From assembly GCA_043228905.1 (NCBI GenBank), contig JBHGNT010000016.1:8618001-8682000 (forward strand): a stretch of 64,000 bases of DNA, read 5' to 3'. How positions within the stretch are numbered: the stretch's first letter is position 1; each line of letters begins with the position of its first letter. Both the position numbers and the translations under genes were made by a program. Below the pieces are notes generated by a model. The model did no database searches. It was not told the DNA's origin and saw only the letters and a program-made list of their open reading frames with translations. Of this stretch, positions 44,225 through 57,795 are shown in pieces. This stretch comes from Azolla caroliniana. Its lineage: Eukaryota > Plantae > Polypodiophyta.

Positions 44225-45030
44225 GTAAGAAACAAATGCCCTACACCCTCCTCCTCCTTGAGATGAGATCATGGCCATGTAAAGGGTTGTTGAATACATG
44301 CTTAAGGTTCAAAAAGGTCCCTCACATCGACTTCCTAGAATTGCATGGGAAGCAAACAAAAAGATCCAAAAGACGCATAAAAGCAAAATTTTGTGTTCTG
44401 GATGCAAGATATTGAAAAATGGTTTGGTAGATGGGATGCGAGACACTTGCTTCATGATGCATCACTAAATTCCTCTGTAAATGAGGCATTTTTGCAACGC
44501 CAATGTATCATGACATGGGACAAATGTGGAGGCTCACGCTTCACACATTATACTACACATGTTGAACCTAACTACAAAACCATATTATTTGCAGAACAGG
44601 GAAACCATACACATCGATACATGTTTGAGCCCATACCGTTATCTGCCATTTGAACCATTGCTTCCATGCGACTTAGCTCACATGCATTGCGATGTGAGAC
44701 AGAGCATTGGGGCACAAGTGATGAGAGTGGTCGGCTATGCACAGTTTGCCCTAGAAAAGTTTGCGAGTCTGAGTATCACACTTTGATACAATGCTCTGCA
44801 TTTGATCATATTTGACCATGCTTTCCACATCTCTTCGACCGAGCCCAATACTTGCATGAATTTCTCTCACAACCACAATGTGCACTCTCGATTGCAAAAT
44901 TCATTGGTAAAGTTCTTGAACATCGACAGTCACTGCTCACTTTCACACGCATCACGTGAAATGTAATATTTTTTGTCTCATAGGTCATATTTGACCTCCG
45001 AAAACGATAATATAATCTATCTCTCTCTCA
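44225..45030 (+). mobile_element. Second, diverged RTE/RTEX-like LINE 3' fragment
   Basis: WMQDIEKWFGRW, MRLSSHALRCET..CTVC..ESEYHTLIQC; 3' UTR similar to the upstream copy; CT tail. Confidence 0.75.
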
Positions 45031-45220
45031 GATCTCTCTCCCTCTACTTCTCTTGCATTCGCAAGTGTTCAGGTTCTAGTGACGCTCACACCCTCTGCAC
45101 CTCCAGGCGACAACCACGTTCTCTGTTCACTTAGACCCGTCTGCAACCTCAAGTCACTCTCTGCTCGCTTTGTCCCATTTGCTCACTATTTCCCCACCAA
45201 CTCTGCTTGATGTGCTTGTT

Positions 45221-45510
45221 GTGACCCATCCACAGCGAACAAGCGTTCTCTGCTCTTTGTTGTTGTTGTAACCCATCCACAACGAACAAACGTTCTCTGC
45301 TCTTTGTTGTTGTTGTAACCCATCCACATCGAACAAACGTTCTCTGCTCTTTGTTGTTGTTGTGACCCATCCACAGCGAACAAGCATTCTCTGCTCTTTG
45401 TTGTTGTTGTGACCCATCCACAGTGAACAAGCATTCTCTGCTCTTTGTTGTTGTTGTGACCTATCAGCAATGAACAAGCTTTCTTTATTCTTTGTTGTTG
45501 TTGTGATCCC
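45221..45510. repeat. 47-bp minisatellite, ~6 copies
   Basis: GTGACCCATCCACAGCGAACAAGCGTTCTCTGCTCTTTGTTGTTGTT at 45221, 45268, 45315 and onward. Confidence 0.92.
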
Positions 45511-46789
45511 TCTGCGGTGTACCAGGCATTGTTTGCTCGCTCTGTCCCCTTTGCTCATTGTGTCCACACCATCTTCGCTTCATGTCCTTGTTGTGACCCC
45601 TCTACAACGAACATGCAACGACCTTTGCAAACGACACAACATCCAAGTCTCCTATTGTAGGTTTTGTTGCATGATCTGCAACAAGTTGTTGGCAAATAAC
45701 TTGTCACTCTACTGCATATTCATTGAGAAGCTTCAACTGTTCGAGAAGAGGTATATTCTTGTTGATTATGTTTGTAAATATTCTTGTAGTTGTTTTGTGT
45801 GGTTTTTCAAATGTGCTTATTTGAGAGTTTTGTACGAAAATGTTCTTCAGTCTTGTACATGTTCATATATGGTAAGGGGGTGCTATGATGATATGATGTT
45901 ATTTATATATTATTTTCCTCAAAATGTTCTTGTTGAGCATGTTTGTTGTATTTCCTACTCTTCATTTGTCATGTTTTTCAAATGTGTTCATTTGAGAGTC
46001 TTGTACATGTATATGGTTGAGCCTTGTACATGTTCACATATGGAAAGGGGGTGCTATGATGATATGATGCTATGTATATGTTATGTTCCTCAACATGTTC
46101 TTGTTGAGTATGTTTGTTCTTGTTCAAGATTGCTCTTGTTCTATCTATTGTTCTTGTTCTTCTTGTTTTTGTTTTTCGTTTTCTCTAGTGTTCATCCGAG
46201 AGTTGAGATATGAAACCCTGTATATGTAGGTAAATTGAATCTTGTACCTATTCAAGTTCGGAAAAGTGGGGCCTCATTTAGTACTGCTATGATGACATGT
46301 CCAAGAAGTGTTTTGTTCTTGATCTGGACTATTATGTCATGTTCTTGTTGTTTTTGTTGATGTTGTTGCAATTGTTGTTCTTTTTTTTCTAAGTGTTCAT
46401 TTGTGAGTCGAGATTTAGTAATTCTGCGATGACATGTTATGATTTGTTTTTTCTTGGACCTGACTATTATGTCATGTTCTTGTTGGTGGTGGTGGCGTTG
46501 TTGTTTTTATGAAGTGTTCATTTGAGGGTCGAGATATGCTTGAATCTTGAACATGTATATGCTTGAATCTTCTTTGCTTCTTCTTCTTCTTGTTGGCAAG
46601 TGGGGTGCTTGACTTAGTACTGCTATGTTGAAAAGTTGTTGTTCTTGTTGTTATTCTTCTTGTTCTTGTTGATTTAGTACTATTGTCTAGACATGTTTGT
46701 AGTGTGGTGATCTACTACCTGAACTAGGAATGGTAATCCACTATGTATATTTCTGTGTGAAGTACTAGTTTATAGTTGTCTATTGGGAG

Positions 46790-47483
46790 CATAGATTGAC
46801 ACATGCGTGATATTCGTGATATTCTCCATGTGCAATATTCTCAATATTCGAGAATACGAAATGGCCCCAAGAATATTAAAAACCCATTCGTTTTGCAAAA
46901 TATATATAAAATATTTATTTATTTATTTAAATAAATTTATTTCACCATAAAAAAAACAATTATTCATTAATAGATTATAGTGTCAAGAGAGTTTATGAAA
47001 CTTAAATTAATTAATCAATTATTTTATTTATTTTTAAAAAATGAATACTTATAACTTATAAGTTATACATTTATTATAAAAATTTAGTTATACTTACAAA
47101 TATAATTAGTATGAACTTTGAAGATATGATTAGTTTGAAGTACTATTTTTAATGTCAAAATAAAAATATCCATAAATTTTGAGGGAATAAAAAGTGAGAA
47201 GTTAATGAGCCTTTATTTTATTTTATTTATTTATTAAAAATAAAACGAATACATACTTATAACTTATAAGTTATACATTTATTATAAAAATTTAGTGTGT
47301 CAAATCCCCAAGTCCCTATTTTATTATCCCTATTTATTGTCAAGTTCCTTTTTTTATCCTAGGAAATTAAAAAAGACAGAGTTTTTTTTTGGGGGGTTAA
47401 ACGAATACTTGACCACCCATTCGTATTCGTATTCGTTTGCATTCGAATGGGAAACCCGAAGAATGCAAATATGCCAATCTATG
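46790..47483. mobile_element. hAT-type MITE
   Basis: 8-bp TSD ATTGGGAG (46782-46789 and 47484-47491); TIR CATAGATTGACACAT / ATATGCCAATCTATG; subterminal ATTCG repeats. Confidence 0.88.
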
Positions 47484-47500
47484 ATTGGGAGTTAATATTA

Positions 47501-48918
47501 TGTTGTGGAAGCTTTTTTAGAAGACGAGTGAGGATCAGAAAGATGACAAAGAAGGCAGTAGTCAAAGATAAAGTGAAGACACCCACAAAGGAAAGAACGT
47601 TGTCGTGCCTTTCGGCATTGGATAGTTGTGTGAGTCGGGTGGGAACCTCAAATTTTTGGACTAGGAGGAGCAAGAATTTGAGGCAAATAGGAATGTGAAT
47701 AGTTTGTAAGAAAGAGATATAGAACCTCGTGAATCCCACGAGTGTATTGTATTAGATTAATCAATATTAAGGTAAGAATATGAATTTAGATTGAAAAAGA
47801 GATAAAAAAACTTTTGAATCCCACACTTAGTATAGTTTATTAGATTTATTAATATTTAGAACCCTAATAATACCCAAGAATCAATAACCCTTACATATAG
47901 AGAAAACTCGTGAATCCCATGAGTATAGTGTACTAATCGGTATTTAGAAACATATTCAATTCCCAAAGATTCCACACCAAATTACATCCTACTCCCATCC
48001 TTATATAGTGATGAGAGAGGCTTATCAATTCATGCTTTTTCTCTAACTATGGACTCCATGCTTTCTCTATCTATAGACTATATGCTTTCTCTAACATGCT
48101 TTTTCTAACCTCATGCTTTCTTTCTTTTTATCAACTATAGTGTTCATGCATTGTAGCGTTTTTCTATAAAGTGTTTTCTTTTACTAAAGTTTTATCCTAG
48201 AATATATGTCCGAACTTATGTTTGTATGTGGGACATTTACTTTTCTAACACTCGTGATGTGTTATTGTAATGGTAAAGCTTTAGATTATTAACATGGAGG
48301 TACAAGGTTTGAATGTTGCCTTATGCATGTAACATATATTTTAATATTTCCTTCTTTTCCTTTATATTTATTCAATCGGTTATTTTATACGTTTTTTTAC
48401 ACTACAACACTCACCCCCTGAGTATAGTGTACTAATCGGTATTTAGAAACATATTCAATTCCCAAAGATTCCACACCAAATTACATCCTACTCCCATCCT
48501 TATATAGTGATGGGAGAGGCTTATCAATTCATGCTTTTTCTCTAACTATGGACTCCATGCTTTCTCTATCTATAGACTATATGCTTTCTCTAACATGCTT
48601 TTTCTAACCTCATGCTTTCTTTCTTTTTATCAACTATAGTGTTCATGCATTGTAGCGTTTTTCTATAAAGTGTTTTCTTTTACTAAAGTTTTATCCTAGA
48701 ATATATGTCCGAACTTATGTTTGTATGTGGGACATTTACTTTTCTAACACTCGTGATGTGTTATTGTAATGGTAAAGCTTTAGATTATTAACATGGAGGT
48801 ACAAGGTTTGAATGTTGCCTTATGCATGTAACATATATTTTAATATTTCCTTCTTTTCCTTTATATTTATTCAATCGGTTATTTTATACGTTTTTTTACA
48901 CTACAACACTCACCCCCT
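47501..48918 (-). repeat. LTR (gypsy-like) with PPT, containing a 499-bp tandem duplication
   Basis: TGTTGT...ACAACA ends; AGGGGGTGAG purine tract on minus; 47921-48419 matches 48420-48918 except 1 visible SNP. Confidence 0.75.
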
Positions 48919-51900
48919 CCAAACCCGCACATCCTCCGGTATGTGCCAAAGTTGCCCATGCTTATTCTCCTTAATCCGTATTACCCTTCATTTCTCCCGC
49001 TGTCTCTTTTGTTTGTCCATTTTGAGCACATCCATTCCTTCCACCCGAACCATTGTCTCCATCCAATCCACCATATTCTTTGTTATCTCTCATCATACAA
49101 TCTCGCATTAGAGTTTACGTTCTTCATGTTAGAGCCCTCCTTTGTCGAGATCTTATCATTAGTAACACCCTTCAAATCTGCTTGGCCCGCTTGGCCCTTG
49201 TCATCCATGGTTGCGCCTGCTTGGCCTCTTCCTTGTCTTCATCAACCTTGACTTCTTTCCGGATCGATGTCATCCAATCAGCTTTCGGTTGATCGGTTTC
49301 GGCCGAGTCGGCCCCCTTCTGAGTCAGGTTCGACTGATCGGTTTTCATCTGGGCTTGCTTCTGTTTCCTCGTGTTCAACGGCCTCAACCGGTTCGACCTG
49401 CGGTCGAGCCAGATTAGCTTCTTTCTAGATCAGTCTCATCCAATCAGCTTCCAACTGGAACGATTTTCATTTGGGTCGGGCTCGACCGATCGGATTTTGG
49501 CCAAATCCCCTTCCGCCTGGTTCGGCTTTCGTTTAGGCCGGAATTCCAACCGAATCATCTTCCGTCTCGACCCACTTATAAGCAAAAGCAACTTTCTGGC
49601 TATTTACAAGTATAGCCCCCAAGGGGCATTTTAGACTATTTGCAATTATAGCTTTCCAAAACGATTTCAGTTTTCGGTTTCAGTTTCGGTTTCGGCCTCG
49701 TCCTATCGGCCTTGACCGAGATACTCACCAACATGGTACTTCTCTTCCTATCCGGAGGCACATGTTTCCCAACAAACTCCGCCTTCACTCCAACATGGGG
49801 TATTTCACCAAACCGACTATCTATCGGCATGCGTTTAGCTTTTCTGTTGACAGCACCTTCGTCAGCATATCCGACCCATTTTTGGCCATGTGGATCTTCA
49901 ATAGAGCCAACTCCTTTTCTTCTACTCACTCTCGGAGCCAATGATATCTTCTCTGGATGTGTTTGGTTCTGAAGTGGTAAGCGGCATTTTTCGCAAGGTG
50001 GATGGCACTCTAGTTATAGCAATGAAGTTTGAATTCCTCCAGCCGAATTCCTAGCTCATTGATAAACTCCTTCATCCATATGATTTCCTTGTCAGCTTCT
50101 GTTGCGACCATCTATTTGGCTTCCGCTGCGGCCATATTTTCAACTTCCGTGGTCGACAGCGCCACGACTTTCTGTAGGCTTGATTGCCACGAAACAGCTC
50201 CCCCTACATAAGTCATTACGTACCCGGACGTGGATTGACTGGTATCCACATCAACCGACATGTCTGAGTCAGTATAACCTTCCAGTGTGGGGTTACCCGA
50301 ACTGAAACGAAGACACACATTCGAGGTTCCTTTTAGGTACCAAAGTATCCACTTCACGGCAACCCAATGCTCTCTTCCGGGGTTGCTCATATATCGGCTA
50401 ACCACACCGACTTCGTATCCTATGTTCGGCCTGGTACATACCATTGCGTACATCAGGCTTTCGACTGCCGAGGCATAAGGAACTTTTGACATTTCGGCCT
50501 CCGTGATTTTCAATTTTGGACATTGTTCTTTGCTACGCTTGTAGTTCGTCGAGAGTGTCGACCCGGCCGGTTTCGTGCTTTCCATGCCAAATCTCTGGAG
50601 CACCTTTGTCACATTTTCTCTTGTGACAACCACAACAATTTCTTTGTTCGATCCCGAACAATGTGCATCCCCAGGATTTGCTTTGCCAAACCCATATCCT
50701 TCATCAAGAATGATCTACTCAAAGCCTTTTTCAGCACTCGGATCTTAGTATGGTTCCGTCCGACAATCAGCATGTCATCCACGTACAACAGGAGGATGAG
50801 GAAATCTCCTCTGTTGAATTTCTTCACACATATGCAATGATCGGCCTGCGTTTTGTGGTACCCATTGTCGGTCATGAAGGATTCAAATTTTCAGTACCAT
50901 TGCCGAGGTGCTTGCTTCAACCCTTACAAGGACTTCCTTAATTGGCATACCAGGTTCTCTTTACCTTTCTCCACAAATCCTCCAGCTCGTGCATATAGAT
51001 CTCCTCTTCGAGATCACCGTGCAGAAACACCAACTTGACATCCAATTGCTCGACTTCGAGATCCATGATGGCCGCGATGCTCAGCACGGTTTGGATTGAC
51101 GTCATCTTTACGACTGGGTCAAATATTTCGTCGAAATCAACACCCTTCTTTTGTTGAAAGCCTTTCACGACGATTCATGCTTTGTACTTGGGTGGATTCC
51201 CACCATCTCCCAGTTTCAACTTGTATACCCATTTATTCTGAAGTGCCCTCTTTCCTCTTGGCAGTTCGGACAGTTCATATGTGTGGTTCTCATGCAAGGA
51301 ATCCATCTCCTCTTGCATGGCACTCAACCACTTTCACCTGTGGGTATCTTCCTTAGCTTCTTTAAAGCTTTTTGGCTCCCCTTCATCGGTTAGGAGTACA
51401 CGCTCTTCATCCGGAAATCTTTGGGGGCACCTCCTTTCTTTTAGGGGGTATCTTCGGCCTCCATTCGGCACGATCGGTTCTTCTTCGACTTCTTCGGCTG
51501 ATTCGAATTCGGTTCCTTGTTCGGTCGTTTCCCCTCGTTCTTCAATCAGTTCTCGATTTTGCCGAGTATTAACTCGACCGACTAGCTCGGATTCAATTTC
51601 AGTCGATTCGGCTTCTACTCGATTTGGCTGAGGGCTGACTCGGTTCAATTCTATAGTTGGACACTTAATCTCAATCTCCCAGTCAACTATTGTCTTTTCC
51701 TCCATGAAGACAATGTCGTGGCTCCTAATCACTTTCTTCTCGGCTAAGTCCCATAGCCGATAGCCAAATTCATCATTGCCATAGCCGAGAAATATGCATG
51801 GTCCGGATTTCGGGTTCAACTTCCCCCTCTGGTCCTTTCCCACATGCACATAAGCAAGTCAGCCGAACACCCTTAAATGTCGGTACGATACATCTTTGCC

Positions 51901-52652
51901 ACTCGACACTCTTTATGGAATATCATCGTCCAAGGGTACTGAGGGTGATCAATTTATCATGTATGTTGTCGTCATCAAAGCCTCAGCCCAGAACGTCTTC
52001 GGTAATGTAAATAAATGGAGTTGGTGGTGTAATGCAGCGGAAGATAATTGAGTGTGTGTGTGTGTGTGTGTATGCACGTAAGGCAAAACAAAGAGAGAGA
52101 GAGAGAGAGCTTAAGACAGAGATAAAAGATTGTATGTTACATTAACCAAAATACTTCCAACAGTAAATACGTTACAAGGGGTTGGTTTAAATACCAACTA
52201 AACTAGGGCAAGTGACCTTTCTACTATTTACAAAACTAGCCTGGTATGACCATGAGCTAGTGTGAAACCTATTACTATGGGAAGTTGAGTTCAACTCTCA
52301 ACACACCCCTTCGAACACAACTCCTATCTGTCGAAAAGTTGTTTCGGTTCGGTCTTCAAAATACGGCTTCCGGCGTTCGTAATCCTCGAACTGGATTGTT
52401 CGTCTTTACGGCTTTGTTCTCGGTTCGATTAACTGTGTGTTGCATACTCGATCAATTGCATACAGTGCATGTGTCGCCTGCCGTACTCCCCCTCAAGCTC
52501 AGCAATGTGGATGTCATGAGACCAAGGTCCGATGCGAATTCCTCAAGCTTGTCGACTCCTAAGGCCTTCGTAAAAATATCAACAATCTAGAGGTGCATAC
52601 TGATATGTTGTAGATCGATATCTCCGGCCTGTACGTGCTCGCGGATGAAGTC

Positions 52653-53515
52653 TGTTGGGAGACAGGTCCCTCCGGATGGGAAGGAAACCGTATGAGGAGG
52701 ACCCGGCTACGGAGAGCCGGATGGTGCAGGCCCGGTATGAACCGGATGAGGAGGACCCGGCTACGGAGAGCCGGATGGTGCAGGCCCGGTATGAACCGGA
52801 TGAGGAGGACCCGGCTACGGAGAGCCGGATGGTGCAGGCCCGGTATGAACCGGATGAGGAGTACCCGGTTACGGAGAGCCGGATGGTGCAGGCCCGGTAT
52901 GAACCGGATGAGGAGTACCCGGCTACGGAGAGCCGGATGGTGCAGGCCCGGTATGAACCGGATGAGTACCCGGCTACGGAGAGCCGGATGGTGCAGGCCC
53001 GATATGAACCGGATGAGGAGTACCCGGCTACGGAGAGCCGGATGGTACAGACCCGGTGAGAACCGGATGAAGAGACATATTCGTAAATATGTTTTCTGAG
53101 AGCCCATCGAGGCTATATTTGTAAATAGCCGAAAAATCATATTAGTATAAATATGACTTAGGGCAAACTTTTAGTTGTGGTTTTTTATTCTTCCTTGTTG
53201 GTGCAAGAAGAAGAGAGAGCACGTAATAGTGTATAGAGAGAGAAAGAGGTCGTTGCCTCTGTTGTAACCGCCGCGTGTGGCGAACATCTGTGAGCACGAG
53301 GTCGTAGCCTCAGTGAACTCACTGTTGTACATTCTCACATAGTGACAGTTTGCAGCCTGTGGGTTGCCGTGGTTTTTCCCTCTTTGGGTTTTCCACGTAA
53401 ACCTCCTGTGTATCTTCCTCTCCTTTGTGTCGTGTTTTATTTCCCGTTTTTTGTGTATCATTCTACGCTCGGTTGTGGCCGAGCGTCGCGCATAAGGAAC
53501 GTCGGGTTCCTGTCA
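52653..53515 (+). mobile_element. Solo LTR of family-A type with 7 x 54-bp U3 array
   Basis: TG..CA ends; TSD AAGTC/AAGTG; array 52694-53060; shares family-A LTR blocks. Confidence 0.9.
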
Positions 53516-54009
53516 AAGTGTTAGTGCAATTCGATGTGTTTAGTCGGCGCGCGGAAGACGGGGTTCCAAGGGAGGTAGATGTTGCTCATGTTGTCGCAAA
53601 AGAGGCGAATTAGATCCATAATGGGAACGCCCAGATCCTCACTATCCACTTGAGCTATACGGCTTCGCATGCGACGACTGTCACGCCCCTGTATTCAGAT
53701 TCCGTGCTCGACAATGCGATTGTCAGTTGCTTCTTACTACTCTAGGAGATCGCTCCGTTGCCGAGGGAGAAGACGACTCCGAATGTGGATTGTCTATATG
53801 CTTTGTATCCTACCCAATTCGCGTCTTTGTATCCTTCGAGTCAAATGGTCGTATTTGACTTATACATAATGTCATAATCCATCGTAGTACTGACACACCA
53901 GAGTATCCTCTTAGCGCAATCAAGATGAAGGTCTCGCGGATTCTACATGAATTGGCTTTGTAGGCCGACCGAATAACTGAGATCGGGTCGCGTAATGGCT
54001 TCGCAGTAC

Positions 54010-57000
54010 TAGTGTATCTTATACTCCCAAGATGCAAAGTTGTTTCGATCTAGCTTCTTGCTAGGGAGAGCGCTCCCCATTTGAATATTCATTGTCGATT
54101 AAGCTTCCTTTCTTCTTTTCCTTCTCTCTCGAACACAAGCTATGTAGTGGTACTACGATAGCAATGAGCCGGTTCTTCTTGAACGTCGGCGTAGAGCACA
54201 ACACACGATCATGATGAGGCGAGTGGGCTAGATCGAGCTACCAAATCACTCTGATACCATGTAAAGAATCAGGTATGATTCTTGTGTAGCAAAAGAGATG
54301 TGTGTTATGTGTATGTGTGAGAGGAATTCGAGGAGAGATGAGGGGACACAAGATAGATAGAAAAAGGAATACTCAAGAAGAAGGTGTATATTTCACAAGT
54401 AGAATAAGAATTACAAAATGTAGCATAACAGGGAGTCACAACTGACTTAGTATGAAGTATGAGGAGGGTGCTTTATATAGAGTCACCCTCTCTCTTGATT
54501 AACTAGCTACAACAACCACTCTCTCTCTCTTGGGGAATGTGAAGACTCATAGTCATGGGGAATATGTAACTCACTAGTTATGTGTCATAGAATATGATTC
54601 TATGACACATAGTTAATGTGCGGCTTCACATGCAACTATAGCTGCACCCCTGTTTTCGGCCTCCGTACTCGAAAGAGCTACAGTTGGTTGCTTCTTGCTA
54701 CTCCACGAAATTGCTCCGCTGCCAAGGGAGAATGACAAAACCATAGGTTGATCGTCGATCGGCTTTGTAGTTGGCCCAATTGGCATCCTTGTACCCTTTG
54801 AGTCGAGTTGGTGTGGCCAATGCGTAAAGGATGTTGTAATCCATTGTGCCGTTCACGTATTGTAATACTCGTGTAGCGCAATTGAAATGGATATCTCGTG
54901 TAGTTTGCATGAATTGGCCAAGGAGGCCGACCGGATAGTTGAGGTCGGGTCGCATGATTGTGAGATAGATGAGGCTCCCGATCAGTTGTAGATATTGAGT
55001 CGACTCACACTCGTTTGTGCCGTAGTCGGCATCCAGTTTGAGGTTTTGATTGAGAGGGGTTGCCACAGATTTGCACTCTGTCATCCCGAACTTGTATAAT
55101 AAGTTGAGAATGTAGTGTCATTGAGAGATCATAATGCCGGCCGGAGTCCGAATTACCTCGATGCCTAGGAAGTAATGAAGCTCCTTCATGTCCGTCATCT
55201 CGAATATGTTGGAGTGGAGAGACTTCACCTTGTTGATGTCGACTAAATGCTCACCTCCAATGACCAGATCATCCACGTATAGGATAATGACAATCGATCT
55301 TCTGGAGTCGTTTCATACATAGAGGGAGTTGTCGGATTTCAACATTAGAAAGCCGATTTGATGAAGATATTGCGTAATCTTTGAATGCCAAGCACGTGAT
55401 GCTTGCTTGAGGCCTCAAAGTGGCTTCTTGAGTCGGCACACGGCTTTTGAATGAATGCGTGATTCGAAGTCAGGAGGTTGTACCATGTACACCTCCTCTT
55501 CTAATTCGCCTTGGAGGGAAAGCATTCTTGACGTCCATCTAGTGGAGGTGCCACCCTTTCGCTGTTGTGAGTGCAATTACAGTCCACACAATCGTCATCT
55601 TTGCCACCAAGGCAAATATCTCTTCATAGTTGACTCCATGCGTATAAGCGTATCCTTTCGCTACGAGTCAAGCTTTGTAACAGTTTACGGAGCCGTCGGC
55701 ATTATACTTCACCTTGTAGATCCATCTGCAGCCAATTGCCTTCTTGTGCGGTGAGTGGGGAACGAGATCCCATGTCTCATTCTTGGAGAGTGCTTGCATC
55801 TCCTCATTCATCGCTTCAACCCATTTGGGGTCCTTCGCAACTTCGGAAAACGTTTCCGGCTCCCGTATTGTCGCTACCTTCATCATAAAGGCGTAATGGT
55901 ACGCCATATAATCGTTGAAGCCCATTCAACCCTCTCTTTATCCACGCGCGATGAGTCGACCCTCTTTTTCAATGAAGCAACCGCCTTGATTAAACCGAAC
56001 TTGCATTCCTTGCTCTACAATTTGGCCGACGGAGACCAAATTCTTCATGATAGTTGGTACATGCAAAACATTTTTAATGTAAGTTTGCTTACCTTCTTTT
56101 CCGAACGGAACATTGCCGATGTGCTTAATCGGGTGCATAGTGTCGTCTCCGGTTCTCTCAAAGTTCTCGGAACCATTCTTGATGCGACGTCATATGGTTC
56201 GAGGCACCGGAATCGATGAACCATATGTCTTCCGGACCGGAGGCACTAGTAGAAGTAGAGGCCGACATAGAATTCGCTCTATGTCTCATTACAAATAATC
56301 CACCGTAGCCGTCATACTTGGAGTCGGCGATGTAATTGGTGAGTTGTCGACTAGTGGAAGCCGACTCGTCCATCTTCTTTCGGCACTCTTCTTCGCGGTG
56401 GCCGACTTTGCCGCAATATTTGCATTCAATTGAGGTTTGTCGGCTCGAACCGGAATGGTGGCTCCTTCTTCTTCGGAAGGTTCCTTGATGGCCTCCATCT
56501 TGTTGCCGTAATTGAGAGTTATTTTTGTAAATCGGGCCTTGTCCGCCTCGTCCTTGGCCGAATCAGCCTTTTCTTGCACGGCCGTGTCCTCTTCCTCCAT
56601 CCGAATGCGTGTAGAGCACATGTGGCCTTCCGAGGTGTTGCTCCTTGTTCGAACATGATTTTCTTCAACCAACAACATGGATTGAAGATCGAAGGAGGGC
56701 AAATTCTCTCATGCTAGTACGACGGTCCGCATCGCATCAAACCGTGGTGCAAGGCCGCTGAGGCATATTTGCACCATTTTGTCATCCTCCACATTGACGC
56801 TTATCGAGCCGAGTGCATCACAAAGCTCCTTGATCTTCAAGGTGTAGCTTGTAATGGACATATCCCGTTGTTGGATGTTGTTCAATTCCTGGCGAAGTTG
56901 AAGCTTTCTCGCGGTCGTGTTGGCGGCGAAAATCTTTCGTAGATTCTCCCACGCTTCCTTCAGCGTCTCGGCTTCTCGAATGTAGTCGAGCATGTTGTCA

Positions 57001-57795
57001 TGAACACAAGTCGCCAAGCAATACATCACTCAGCTTGCCGCTTGCTCCCATGTTGCATAGTCGGCGTCTTTTAGGTCGGGTCGGTTTTCTTGTGCTCCTT
57101 TGATGTAACCCCAATAGCCTTGGCCGACAAGGTACTGGTATCTTATACTCCCAAGATGCAAAGTTGTTTCGATCTAGCTTCTCACTAGGGAGCGCTCTCC
57201 CCATTTGAGTATTCATTGTCGATTAAGCTTCCTTTTTTCTTTTCCTTCTCTCTCGAACACGAGCTATGTAGTGGTACTACGATAGCGATGAGCCGGTTCT
57301 TCTTGAACGTCGGCGTAGAGCACAACACACGATCACGATGAGGCGAGTGGGCTAGATCGAGCTACCAAATCGCTCTAATACCATGTAAAGAATCAGGTAT
57401 GATTCTTGTGTAGCGGAAAATATGTGTGTTATGTGTATGTGTGAGAGGAATTAGAGGAGAGATGAGAGAACACAAGATAGATAGAAAAAGGAATACTCAA
57501 GAAGGTGTATATTTCACAAGTAGAATAAGAATTACAAAATGTAGCATAAGAAGGAGTCACAACCGACTTAGTATGAAGTATGAGGAGGGTGCTTTGTATA
57601 GAGTCACCCTCTCTCTTCATTAACTAACTACAACAACCACTCTCTCTCTTGGGGAATGTGAAGACTCATAGTCATGGGGAATACGTAACTCATTAGTTAT
57701 GTGTCATAGAATATGATTCTATGACACATAGTTAATGTGTAAAGTGTGACTCTTGACCTTTGAGTAATCATAGATCCTCAAAAGGTTTGTTCACA
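54010..57795 (-). mobile_element. Rearranged family-B-related copia with distinct LTR (57384-57795; truncated copy 54260-54620); integrase deleted
   Basis: Both LTR copies abut a PBS, leader and gag start; gag/PR 55930-57216 joins RT 54630-55925 directly. Confidence 0.8.

Noticed and set aside
45470-46213. 247-aa Cys/Val/Phe-rich ORF
   Set aside because: TG-rich repetitive DNA with few stops; no domain recognised
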